Below, in pieces: positions 38,609 through 51,487 of a stretch of 64,000 nt of DNA (position 1 is the stretch's first letter; every line of letters starts with the position of its first letter). The translations under genes were made by a program, and so were the position numbers. A model generated the notes under the pieces. That model was not told the origin of the DNA and did no database searches. It saw only the letters and a list, made by a program, of their open reading frames with translations. Source of the stretch: Podarcis melisellensis (taxonomy: Eukaryota); the NCBI GenBank assembly GCA_964234715.1, contig OZ174281.1; one strand, given 5' to 3'.

Positions 38609-41240
38609 ACTCACAGTGTAGCAAACTGTTTAATTCTCATCCTTCTGGCATAACTAAGCCAGCATCTCCACAGGTGCTTATACCTTTGAATGACAACAGT
38701 CAATTGACAACATCTGAGCTCATCAGGGTGCTGACTTCCCAACACACGCTAGCCTCATGTATTTTCTTGGTATATGTTTTCTAGTTGTTTCCACTAACCC
38801 TTCTCTTTTTCTGTCATGAAGCTCAGGAAGCCAATGATCGTATGGATATGGCAGACATCCCAGAGTCCACTGCTTCTGAAGCCATGTTAATGTCCAGAGA
38901 AAGGATCTTGTCTAAACATATTTTTAGGAGGTCTGTGTTTATGATGTTCCATCTCTTACCCTGAATTGTTTTTACTTGTGGGAAGCATCTCATCCAATAA
39001 CAGTGTCAACCAGTTTTCTAGCAAGGTAATTGGTGGGTTATCCAGGATCAGATACCATGGGAAAGAGCATTCTACCACTGCACCAAAGCACATATATTGT
39101 GATATACCTATGCCATACTATGGTGGCCACCCCATTTCATCCCATAAGGTCACAACATTCAAGGCCTCCATAGGTTCAGATTCAGGAGGCAAGAATCATG
39201 GCAGCTTTTATATGGGAGGCTTCCAAAATGTGGAATTTCTTAAGTTAGCTCTCCCAAAACTTTCCTCTTACCTATTTTCCAGGAGCTTGGGGGTGTCGCA
39301 GACTAATATGTGATCCTATGCATCTTTACTCAGAATTCCAATGTGGTCAATAATGCTTACCCCATACAAAGGGTTCACAGGATTGCAGTCTCTGTGTGCC
39401 TGTTGGAGAAGTAGGACAACCAGATTGTCTGAAGTCAGCAATCAAGCCATATTCTAGAAACATGAGCTTGAATTTGGGTATTGTAATAGAACTAATCAAG
39501 CACAATTGTTGCCTGTTTTCATTTAACATTGCAGGACAAATAAAACAGATGCACATGCGTTTTGAAATTTCTTTTGCCTTACTGACTAAACCCTTGTGTG
39601 TTTTGTCCTATTATTTCATCTAGAAAGAGCTAACCAATGTGCATCCTTTTACTGTGTAGCCTTAAATGGTCTCTCTCCTCTTTAGGACTCAAGAAATAAA
39701 CAAGGTTTTATATCTCTGATCCACAAAAGCACCAAAGTAAATGTGATTTTACTTATATAATTAGCAACTATGTGGTTTTTGGTTTTTTTTAATGGAAGTC
39801 ATGAAGTGGGAATTACTAATTGTGTGAATAACATATCTGTTTCAGCCCTTCATAATGAAGAACTGATCAACAGGCAGCTTTACATCAGCAGTAATGAGTG
39901 CTTAAGACATCTGAAACTCCAGCATGTATTGGGACTTCCAATCCCTGTGTCCATATCCTAGAGATAACAAAGAGAACTCTACTAATCAGCATCATTTCTC
40001 ACAGAAGTTCACTAACAATAACAAAGAATGAAAATTTATTATCCAGGGGCAATGTACGGTACATTTGATTACCAAACTTAGGGGGAGGGGAGGACAATAG
40101 GGTATGTGTATTTCATTCAGCATCATTGCAATGCTAAAGACAGAGTGCAAGATAAGATGGAAATTTAATCTGATTCAAGAAGACAAGTCTTATATTCTTA
40201 ACAAGCATCAGACAATGTTGCGCTGAAAATAATGCAATGTGTCTTCATCAAAGTATCTTAAGACTGATAATGGGGCTATTCTATTACTATTGTAAGTCAC
40301 TTTGAGACTATTTTATGGCAACAGGCATGATGGAAATTTTACAAACCAGTAAGTCCATTATCCTACACACTCCCACTTGTCAGTTAGTCTCGCTGAATTC
40401 AATAGGATTAACTTCTGCCTAAGACAGCACAGGAAAAATCACTTAACCACCTTTTATTACAATCAGAAATTCAAACCTCACAACATGAACTTGCGAGACT
40501 GTCATGGGGTGATGTAAAGAAGTGCTGCGGAAAGGCCAGGTTGTTGGCAACATGGTGGCACAAAGAACCAACAAATGGACTTTAAAGAACTCACAAATTA
40601 AGTTTTGACTGTGCAAGTACAGATGTGTTTTGTTGAACTTCCCCAAATCAAACCTGAAGAAGCAATGGAAGTTCCACAGCTCCAAGGTGCATATGCAGAC
40701 TAAATTTGTTAAAATGTTGGTCCCTATTAGAAGGCAAACTTTATATCCTATTTTGAATAGTAGGTGTATGTTTTCATTTTCAGGTTTTTGTATTCATGAG
40801 GTGTTCTGAGCATTATATACCTTTTTAAGAAGCCCCCCACACACACACTGTTAATGCTTTAACCATCTAGTGACACACACACAGTTTCTCTTTTTAGGAA
40901 GAGTTGTGCAAATATCTTCTTATTAGACTTTCCAAGTAATTCAAATACCTCAGGCTATCTGTGTGCCAAATTCTACATTTTCAGGTTGTCTGGAAATACC
41001 TTAACAATCTGGGGTGCATTTTTAGCCTCCAGTTTTCAAAGAGAGGTGTACAAGTGTTCCCTTTTCAGATATTTCTAGTAATCAGGATGTCTTACTTCTA
41101 CATATATATCAAATTTGGGGGCTTTAGCTCATTAGAAAGGATCCTAAATGTCACCCCCCCCCATGAATAAGTAATGCACTAACCCAAATCTGCAATCTAC
41201 TACAGGGGGGTGAAAGCCCAGACTAGACCAGCTCCATCAG

Positions 41241-41373
41241 GCTTTACTCAGCTGGTACAGATATCCCTGTTCCACCTGTTGGAAAGCTTTCTACCAATGG
41301 TAGTCTAGCTTTACTCAGCTGGTACAGATATCCCTGTTCCACCTGTTGGAAAGCTTTCTACCAATGGTAGTCT
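41241..41373. repeat. Perfect tandem duplication, 66 bp x2 (period 67)
   Basis: 41241-41306 is identical to 41308-41373. Confidence 0.95.
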
Positions 41374-42449
41374 GCAGAATGTTCCAAAACAGGGTGCCCC
41401 AGAGAAAGGGCTCAGCCAGCCTGGGAGCCACTGAATCCCAAACCAGCTCCACTACTATCATTTGATGGCACCGGGTCCAATTCAGGCCAGATTGCTACAT
41501 CAAGTCCAGGTTGGCGTGCCCTGGAACAGTTTGTGACTCCCCCTCCACATTCTGCATAGGCCAACTTGAATGATGGGGCTCTGGATGTGGCGGTAGCTAC
41601 ACTGCTCCATTGCTACCTGCCATGTGTTTGGATTGCTCTGGCAATCAGGCAGAGACCCAAGAGTACGTTCATATAGATATGTGGCTGTACCTCCTATTAT
41701 CAGAAGTAAAAGTAAAAGTAAAACATGACCTAACACTGTGCGTAAACATATCAGACAGTTTTCTTTAACATACGCCATTGCTAAAGAAAGACATAAAATA
41801 TGTCAATATTTACGACATCTCAGACTAAAACACATGGTTCTACTTTTTTATTTTAAAAAATGCTGTTTTAGACTTAACAGCATAAGATTTTAGAAGATTT
41901 GCTAGGCATTTGGTATCGTACGATTAAGTCTTAGCACATGATAGCAGTTGCAAATTCATAAATAATGTGCCAGGCTTTCATGGTAATCTCAACCAAGACT
42001 TCAGCATGATTTCAACATTATGTATTCATTCAGTCATTCATTCATTCAAGTAGCAGTTCAACAAGAGTCCCAGCTCACAACATACATTAACGGTCACAGA
42101 AGCATTAACAACCCACTGAGCTACATGCATCATAGGCACTACAACCATAGGTTTGAATCAGAGAGCAGACAGCTACATCCAGAACCCAAGCAACCAAAGC
42201 ACATGAATTCAAGAAAACCAAAAGCCAGATATACTCAGTTTTACTTTACATCCCATTGAAGTCAATGGGCTGCAAACCCTATGTAAAGGATTGCAATCTG
42301 GGGCCGCTAAAAACCTGCATGCTTGCTTTCAGTGGCTGCTCTTGAGTAAACCTGCCCTGATGACAATAAAAAAACCCCGTACAATGCATGCTACAAAACA
42401 GTGGAAGATTACACCCCCACCCCTCCCTCTCTGCTGGAAGGCACCACAG

Positions 42450-43540
42450 CCGGCATTGATCGTGGGTCACCTCCTACCACCAGCTTCCTTTTCCCCGATG
42501 CACTGGCAAGCAAGCAAGCAAGCAAACAGGGCTCGCGAGGCCAAGGGAAACGGGCTTCTCCCTCACCATCTATCTGGAAGCAGGGGGAGGGGGGTGGGGA
42601 CCAGAAAGAGAGGAGAGGCGCGCGGCTGCGCCCTGTGACCTCGGTGGGACTCCCTCCTCCTCCTCCTCCTCCGTGCGCAGCTGTGGAGGCAGCCGCGAGT
42701 CCGGAGCTCCTCCGGCGTCTGGTTGGGGTGAGGGACCCAGGCGCGAAGGCGACGCTGGGAAGGGGCGCGTGGTGCGCGCGGGCGAAGGAGGGGAGGAAGG
42801 ATGCAGAAGCAGCAGCAGCAGCAGAGCCTCCTCAGGACCAGACGCGGAGCTGGAGAGGAAGTGGCGGGGCGGGGTGGGGGGAGAGACGGGGACGTGGTGG
42901 CCCCTCGAAGCCGCCCGGTTCCCCGAGGCTGCCTTGGCGAGGAGGTCAGGGGGGCTGCCCCTCCTTGCCTACCTTGACTGTCCGCCCTCCGTGGGATGGA
43001 GGCAGGAGAGCGAGAGAAGCTTGGGCGAGGGCGAGGACCAGCCACCGGGCGCTCGAGGCGGCGGTTGAATGAACTGAATGGGCTGGAAACGCAGCCAGCG
43101 CGCGGCGCCGGAGGAGGAGGCGGGGGGGGGGGGTGACGCACGCGAGCGAGCGCGCGCGCCCGGCGGAAATTCCCGCTCTCGCGCCCCCTCGCTCTCTTGC
43201 GCGACGAAGCCACCAACTAGCAGGGGGAGGCGGGGGGGGGAGAGGTGAGGCGCACGTGACGAGGAGTGGGGGTGGGGGCGGGAGGCCACGGTATTCTCTC
43301 TCTCTCGAGCGCGCGCCCAGCATTCCACCCTGCTGCGATGTAAAACGACCCGGGCTAATTAGTGGCAGTGGCGGCGTCGGCAGGAACAGGGAGGAGCTTT
43401 CTTCTTCTTTTCCTCCTGAAGTGGATCGTGTGATCTGTTGCTTGCAGACTCTTGCAAGCGCGGCGGGTGCATCTCCCTTCCAGAGTGCATATACAGTAGC
43501 CAGCGCCAGCGTGTGCATTGTGCTTCGGGCGTGCAGAAGC
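42450..43540. promoter_or_regulatory. CpG island, LPIN2 promoter
   Basis: Very high GC and CpG density against an AT-rich background. Contains GC boxes, TGACGCA (43134), GGAAATTCCC (43165) and CACGTGAC (43253). Confidence 0.88.
42973..43110 (-). other. LPIN2: Probable non-coding exon 1 of LPIN2 (TSS approximate)
   Basis: Donor CAAG|gtaggc at 42973/42972 inside the CpG island; no ATG in the exon. Confidence 0.6.
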
Positions 43541-45702
43541 CCTATATACAGTTGCATATTATAAGCTACACATTAACATTCCTGTTACATGTTATGCTTC
43601 GAGCCTGGAAGGATAAACACCCACCGTCCTCCACGCAGTGAAGACTTCACCTTAAAAAAAAAAGCCAATCTAGCATGGAGCTGAACATTTGGAGGGCTTC
43701 TATCGACTCATATGTTTGATTTCAGATGAAAGTACTGATAGGTATTGTATTCTCAATGTGAGCTGCCAGTGTGGGTCCCCCGTTTTTTAATATCTTGCTT
43801 TTGTTTTTCTTTGTCAACTTAAAACACTTAAAAAAATACAAAGCATTCTTGTTAAATGAGAACATGCTTGTGAGTAATTCATCAAATGCATCTCTGTTGC
43901 ACATGTGTATGTTCCTCCAGGGTATTCCTTTTGCATCACCTGCTCCTGCTATCATGCATTCTCTGTATATTTTCTGCATTTGGCATACAAACACAACAAT
44001 ATGCTCCATTTTATTAATGTTGCATGACTGGCCCACCAGTGAGGCAAGGTGAGGCAACTGCCTCAGGCAACAAGATCCACAGGGGCAGCGGATCCTAATG
44101 TAGATCTTTCTTCCTCACCTTGTTGCTCAAGTAGATCTTCATTCACCCCTTCTTCCCTGGCAGTGAGGGAAGCAGACTATAATAAAGCAATATAAGTGAT
44201 GATTCATTCAGTTAAAAACTCTTCATAATTGACAGGATAATTTATACACGCGTTGCTATGCATACAGTATATAGCAGGCACTGATCAGGAGCAAGCAGAA
44301 ACATATTTAGGATTATCTGGCCTTTCGCCTTCCTTTTTTTGCTATCAGGATACATCTTTTCTGTGGTGGGTTCATCTGAGATCCCTAGAAGTTATTTGAT
44401 GAAAATACTACTACAACGTAAGTGCAGGTAGATGTTGTAAAACTCCTTCTCCAAATGGCAGAGGCAAAATATTTAAACTTTGCAAAGAGGTTTTGGCATG
44501 TTTCCTGTTGTGCAGGAGACACTCACAGTACTGTGGTATACATCTCTACTCAGCAGTATGTCTTTTTGTCTTTAAGGGGGCTTACTGGCAAATAAGTGGG
44601 TTCTAGATGGCAGGCCAGACTTTGATTTAGGGTTGACACTGGGGAAAACAGGGTTCTTATGCCATTGATAGTTGTATCTCCACAATCAAAACCAGGTTTT
44701 GGGAGGTGTGTGCATGGGAGCAGCAATGACAATACTCTCTCTAATTTTGTGTTATGTCATGCCCTCGTAGCAGCCATTTTGTAATGAACCCATATCACTT
44801 TCTCAAAATTTGAAATGTACCCACTGGTCCAGAAAGGTGGTTGACCCCTGTACTACAGCATCACTTGTGGTGATCCATTGTGGTGAGGTTCTCCTCACAA
44901 GCCACTTACGGTACTTGGTAAGGCTGCTTTCAAATTTAATAGTGCCTTCATCTCCTACACAGCCATATATGTGTCAAATACTACTGTGTGGTGCTCCGTT
45001 CTCCCCTCCTCTCATTTTCTCTTCTTTTCCTCTGGCTAATATAGATTGCAACTTTAAGGCTTCTGGGAAGACATTCTATCCCTTTTCCACTTCTGTTTCC
45101 ACCATGAGAAGACTGCCTATAACCATCTTGTACTGGGAAACAGCAGCATAAATAAGTCAATAATTATTTTAAAATGTCAATAAGTGGAATGATTAAGCTA
45201 CTAAGTGGGCTGCATTTGACTTTGTTAGTAACCGTGTTATAGTCCACAGCAGAAGGCCTGAGGCAAGTGCACACAGACCTGGTACACAAGCTAAAGCGTG
45301 GGTGTATAGGTTTTTTATGACATTTTATTTATTTAGCTGTGTGGAGGTTTGCATTAAAAAATAAAGCTACAGAGTGGTTTGGTACTGCCTTGTTGCTTTA
45401 TATAGTGATTTAATATCACTGTGTAATTGCTTGTGACAATTTGTGGGATGGTATCACACAAACAAGTGCTGAAATAACTGGAAAATACTCTCTATCTATC
45501 TTAAGTAAAGGCACATTAGGTACCTGGAAAGCAAAAACAATATGTTCAGCCTTTGTGCTTTATCTTATCAGCATTTCTGTATCAGTACTTCTGTATGCAA
45601 AGTCTATATTATGCTGTATATGAAAACCCATCTTTCCCCTGCACCAGTTCTTGCAATGGTTAGCCATAATATACCGGTATATAAATCCAGTTGATGCATA
45701 CA

Positions 45703-45706
<4 letters not shown>

Positions 45707-45770
<64 letters not shown>

Positions 45771-45772
45771 AC
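45707..45772. repeat. Compound (TC)n(CA)n microsatellite
   Basis: Read directly. Confidence 0.95.
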
Positions 45773-46856
45773 GGCTCATAGTACAGGTAGAGCACAACAG
45801 GTGTTGTAATTCCTGCTAGTAATGTTTACCCAGCCTAACCCATTGGCTGCCCAATCCTGTAACAACAATACTCTAATTACTGTGCAGAGGTTAGTGTTCC
45901 CTGTGTCCACTGAACTCAGTTCATCCTTGGTTTTGTTTACACGTTCAGGGTGTGACTCATAGACTGAAGTGAGTCAAAAGAGGGTCAACAATCCCTACAA
46001 GAGTAAAAGCCCTTATCCTGGGATAAGGGATCGTGTAAGCAGTAGGAGGACTATTAATTTCTGGTGAGGGGGGGTTCAGAAGTCCACAGGGAAACACAGG
46101 GACAAGTGAAAACTTTAGATAGCAATGGAAATTTTTGTTGAAATGGGCCAAGATTTTATATCCAAATGCCAGCTCTTGTATCTTGTATCTATTTAAGCAG
46201 TCTCATAGAAAGGCAGGGACAATACATTTGTCAACTGCCCATCTGATGTGCAGGAGATATGAGTATATTGAGCTGATGGTCAACTGAGTGCAGTGTAGTA
46301 TTATTACAGACAGATCAGCTGTTTTTACATGTAGTCTGGAAAGCAAATATATATTGTACACCATTGTATATGGGAACATGATTCTAGATTGGGAAGGTGC
46401 AGAGTTATATTGTATACAACCAGCTGTGCAATATGGGCCCCTAGGGTCTGTTCATCACTTGTTAAATGAAATCTATTGGAACAAAATGGTTGGTTATCTT
46501 TCATATATTGTTTCTATTCTGCAAAATACTTTACTGTACAAAGTATTTTAAAATCACAGCTTAACGCCTGCTCACAAGGATATTCCTTTTTAACGATTAT
46601 AGATATACATATACATATACATACGCACATCCACACACATGAAGGCTGAAAGAAAACAACCTGCATAAGGCTAAATACTTTGGTTTCTAAAATCCCAAGT
46701 CCCAATAAAATGTCCACTTGCACTACTAGTTTCTAAGGCTGGGAACCTCTATTTTCATTGGATGTTTGTGTCTATACGGTCACAAAAATAATAATGTGAT
46801 ACTATAATAGTAGAGAATATGGAAGTCATCTTGTATCTATTGTTTAACTTAGTCTC

Positions 46857-47635
46857 AGAACATAAAAAGAGCCCGCTATGATAGGCCAATCCAGTCCAGC
46901 ATCCTATTCTCACAGTGGCCAACCAGATGTCTACAAGAAGCCCACAAGTAGGACTTGAGTGCAACACTATTCTCTTCTCCTGTGGCAGCTCTGTCCCAAG
47001 ACATTTTAGCACCTGAGGCGAACCACAAAATGGCATCCCTCACCAGAGAAAAGGGGATGAGTGAAGTTTTACATCAGGAACAATGTGGGGAATGAAGATA
47101 TACATTGGGAACAAAAGAAGGAATCGAATCAACTTTACTCAGTGGTTGAAGTGGGAATCAAAGGCCGTTGCAGGATGTGGGAGTGGCCTGCTCTGAATCA
47201 TGTTGGGCAAGCGCAGAGTCCAGGAGACCCCAGAAGGCAGCCTTTCTCACCATTTCCTCCCTCAGGGTGGGAAGAGACCAGCAGTGACTCCTGTTCACTG
47301 AGAAGCATGGAGGTGAGCTGGTGAGGAGGTGGCAGATACAGTGCGCCGCAGCCATTGCTGCCACTGTGGTAGTGGTGGTGGAGACAGCATGCGATGCATT
47401 CCTTGGATGCTGGACCTGCTTCTCCTGTGGATCCTGGCGTCTGAGGCAGTCACCTCACCTTGCCTCATGGGTGAGCTGGTCCTATCCTGCAGTTTCCAGC
47501 AACTTGTATTCAGAGGCACACTACCTTATCCATGAATTTATCTAATCCTCATTTAAAGCCATCCAAGTCAGTGGCCATCACTGCCTCTTGTGGGATCAAA
47601 TTCTATAGTTTAACTATGCTGTGCAAAGAAGTACC
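46857..47635 (-). mobile_element. CR1-like 3' end interrupted by a ~500-bp GC-rich insert (about 46987-47490)
   Basis: CR1-like ttctcacagtggcc segment (related copy at 32660-32930) resumes after 47490. The insert end matches 44028-44085 in reverse. Confidence 0.55.
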
Positions 47636-50253
47636 TTTTTAAGCCAGTTTGCAAATAATACAGCACACATAGGTATACAGAATGAATAAATCATTTATCC
47701 GGCTTGATGCTGACATCATGCTGTTGAAGTACTACAAATGCATAAGAATTTCAGCTTTTATTTATTGGAAAACAGCCAGTCTGACTCTCTCCTAGTGCTG
47801 CAGTGTTGCCTGCCTTTTCTATTTCTCTGGGACTTGTGCCAAAGGAGCACTTTAAGTATTACAGTGTAAATGTGTAGCTCTCATAAATTTATAGATATCT
47901 TTTAAAAGTGTCACTTTTCAATGACTGTGTACCAAATGCTGATTTAAAAACAAAAATGCTCGATATTTTAAAAGTTATGATTTTAACCCAGTCTCTAGCT
48001 GCTAGAAGTTAGAATGTTAGAACTGACTCACTGATTTTTTAGTACTTGAACTTGACAATTACATTACAGTTCGGTTTTATGAGATTACAGAAGAGTGGGT
48101 ATTCAATCTGGTCTTTATTTTAAAACATGTTAATCCATATGGCATGCATGTTCTGCAAATTTATTTTTATTACATCTCAGGTTCTCAATATTCCATGAAG
48201 CAGAACAGCCATAATGATGGATATGAAATCCTTGTTAGCATTCAAATATACTAAATTATATTTATTACACATTTATCCACATCTTTTTTGCTGTTCGTTG
48301 AATTACATATAAGAACTTATTTACATTTATAAGAATACCATTAGAGCATAGGAAGAACCTTGGAAGCTGTCTTATAAGTGCACCACATACACACCTTACA
48401 TTTCCCCCAAAGCATACTGGGAACTGTAGTTTACCCCTCACAGAACTACAGTCCCCAGTTCCCTTACAGTTCACAAGATTATTTAGTGAAGGGAATTGTG
48501 CTTTAAACGTGCAGTATGTATACAGCCTATGTCAGACCAGCGTTCCCTTTAGCTCTGCGTTCTCAACACTGCCATGGAAGGGTGAATCTAATAGTTACAG
48601 TACAGCAGGACAATCAAGTTTGAGTTTATGACAAAATGCTGTGTTCAGTGAAGCCATTCTCATTTCACCACAGACATAGTACTCGGCATGAAATGCTATC
48701 TAATATCAACACTATACGTTTCATAATAAGAGTAATATAACAACAATGATCCTATGTTTTAACTCAGTCTTTTCTCTATGAATCTCAAGAATTTGTCTGC
48801 TATGCCATTCTGTCTTACTACCCAGAACATTTTGTGATCCCTTTAGTTTGACCAGCTGTCTTTAGGATCACCTCCATCTTCTACAATTGGATTTTCATTT
48901 GGATCAGACATCTCTTCTATCTTACTTATGGCTTAATGAAATCTGATTCAAGGAAAATAACACATGGTTCATGTTGGGGGGGTGCCCTCACACACTTTCT
49001 CTTTAAAGGGACATGTGGGGTTTATTTGTCTCTTCCCATAGTGCTAAGTATTGTGTTTACCTGAGATAGCACATGATCAGAAGAGTTGTGAAAGTCCTTG
49101 TCACTAACTTATGATGGGCTCTTCTTGGCAAGATTGCTGACTTCACTATGGAGCAACTAAGAAGCATCACAAACATGGCCTTCCCTTGTTATGAAACACC
49201 TGCTGTGTTAAAGGAAACTGATATTTATTTGTGCACACCAACCATTTCGATTCATCTTCCTGAAGTGCTTTAATTTGAGCAAATAAAAATGAAGCAATTT
49301 CTGAAACAGTACAAACTGCTAGGATCTATTTCACACACATTTACTTACTTTCTTTACTTAATACAATTTCAATTATGATTACACTGCAATTTAAGTCCAT
49401 ACTGAAGGTTCTCTTGGCCAATTTAATATAAAATAAAAAAGACTTGCCAGCTGCTGCTTAAAATAATCAAATTTAACTAGCTGATTTTCCAAACTTGGAG
49501 AATCAGGAGCTGTTGTTTAGTCACAAACCACATTTATAATGTAGCAAATAAGGGAACACTCTGACCCAGCTAAGCATCTTAAATTATTAATTTCAATGGG
49601 AAAATGAAACGTGTCTAATACTCTGTGACTGGAAGCAAAGGGACTTTGAAGGTGCTTGCTCTCCCCGTGTCTCTGCTTAAAAACATTTCAAAAGGCTGAA
49701 GTAAAAAACAAACAAATAAAAGGCAAAGTACCTTCAGGTTACTTTGGGAAGAAATAAATAGTTTTTCTTCTTGGAACTAGATCTAAGCAGCTAAATATTT
49801 TTACCTTCTTTCTTCCCTGAGGCTGGTTTCTTTTTACCTATGGCTACTGTATCTAGGCAAATTCCATGCATCTCAGCAACGAGTGTAGCCAAGCCAGTTT
49901 GTTCATCTGTATGAGATACAGTCAGCTACAGGAAAGCAAGAAGAACGCACAAACAAGGAAGTCCTGTTAAAAATAGCAACCGTATAATTTGCAAGTTGTG
50001 ATTAAAGATTCAAAGAGCTGCATTCAGTGAGCGGTAGACTATTTTTCTCTCAGTTTCCAATGCCGTAACAAACTATGACTAACATGAACCAGGAAATTGA
50101 GGAAGGAATCAGGTACACAAGCACATGTTGACAGTCAAAGCCATGTCTGAAGTAAGCCTAGGCCTGGAGGAAATATAAAGGTCATTTATCCCTGGAGACT
50201 AGAATTCAATAAACCAAACCCAAAGAGAAACAAGTCTTAGCAATTTACTTGAT

Positions 50254-50336
50254 ACAGATAGATAGCCGTGTTGGTCTGCCATAGTCAAAACAAAAAAAAA
50301 ATCTTTCCAGTAGCACCTTAAAGACCAACTAAGTTT
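50254..50336 (-). mobile_element. Short Penelope-like terminal fragment, same family as 3708-3805
   Basis: Shared ...tctttccagtagcaccttaaagaccaactaagtt; perfect 13-bp flanking repeat caatttacttgat (50241-50253, 50337-50349). Confidence 0.7.
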
Positions 50337-50692
50337 CAATTTACTTGATTTCATCTTATCCAAAATTCTGCCTCCAGTGTTGCCCAAAAGTTTAAAACTG
50401 TTCATAGGCTATCCCCCATATTGTTGCTATGGACCATACATTTAATCTTATACCACTATAAGAGTTGCAGTTCCCAGCAGCCTTAATAAACTACAGTCAG
50501 ACTGAATCAGGCAGAAGTTAGTGTAGAATAAATAAAATTGCCAGCACCTCCTTTCTCTGTGCTGCATTGAAGACCTAAGTGAAGATGTTAGGTGTGGGGT
50601 GATGTTAAACTAAAAGGGATGGTAAACAGCCATCAGAGTAGTGAGCAAGTAAACAAGTCACACACACACAAAACAAGGTGAAAGAAAAGTGT

Positions 50693-50698
50693 TTTATT
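50693..50698 (-). terminator. Probable MYOM1 polyadenylation signal AATAAA
   Basis: tttatt on +, about 490 nt past the MYOM1 stop, followed on - by a U/GU-rich tract. Confidence 0.6.
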
Positions 50699-51187
50699 TA
50701 TTTTTGAATACTGAGGAGGGTTCAGTTTTTTTCACTGACGTTAGTGTGTATTAATACCATGTCAACACAAAACATTTGTTTGCTTTAATATCTGTTTTCT
50801 AGAGTCCTATCCTATACTACATTCAGTTTATACTAGATTACCAGCAGGCTCAAATCTAGATTCCTGGTGAGAAAATCTTCTCCAATAAACGATTGTAATT
50901 TTTCCCATCCTTTCACTCACATCACTGATTAAATGACTTGCTTAAATATTATGCTTCTGCATTATGAGCATTATCCTATTATGCTTCTGAGTTAAGTTCA
51001 TGTGACAGAAAGCCAGGCTGGGAGTGGGACCATTCCCCATTTTTGCCTGATCACAACATCTAAAATGAAGTGAGTGGAAGGGTTCAGATCTACTTCATAC
51101 TCACAGGCAAAACCATTTACACACACATATTATTAAACCAGATAGAACTCTACCTCTCTGCAACACTTGTCCATCTTAGCTTTAGCT

Positions 51188-51487
51188 TCATGCCTTCTTT
51201 TTCTTATCTCCTTTGCCATGATCTGGAAGGGGGACATGGGTCATCCCTTCCTCAGGTATGAACACACTTATAGTTAAATCACTTGTCTCTGTGCCATACT
51301 GGTTTTTCACTATAAGGCTGTATCTCCCTGAGTCAGCTGTACTGACAGCCGTGATGGTGAAGCTTGCTTGTTTTCCTGATTCAAATTTCAGGATGATGTG
51401 ATCATCTCCTGCCAGAAGCTTTTCATTCTTCATCCATGAAACCTCTGGAGCAGGGTTTCCCCAGACACTGCAAGTAAGATTAAGCGC
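51188..51487 (-). CDS. MYOM1: MYOM1 last coding exon (Ig domain My13 and tail)
   Basis: cctgcag|ALNLTCSVWGNPAPEVSWMKNEK...DSGRYSLIVKNQYGTETSDLTISVFIPEEG...KKKKA-TGA. Confidence 0.96.
   Translation of the reverse strand, partial: ALNLTCSVWGNPAPEVSWMKNEKLLAGDDHIILKFESGKQASFTITAVSTADSGRYSLIVKNQYGTETSDLTISVFIPEEGMTHVPLPDHGKGDKKKKA

Noticed and set aside
38960-39070. Strong donor CAGG|gtaaga on -, possible alternative LPIN2 first exon
   Set aside because: Only a donor motif; no promoter or homology support, and the upstream ATGs meet a stop within the segment.
41241-41373. CRISPR-like repeat
   Set aside because: Only two adjacent copies, no spacers, eukaryotic context.
42401-43564. Several 119-223 aa ORFs on both strands
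   Set aside because: Expected from stop-codon scarcity in a CpG island; low-complexity R/G/P/A content and no recognisable domain.
48000-51187. Extra MYOM1 terminal exon like the avian alternative C-terminus
   Set aside because: No convincing internal donor in the last exon and no downstream coding exon recognised.
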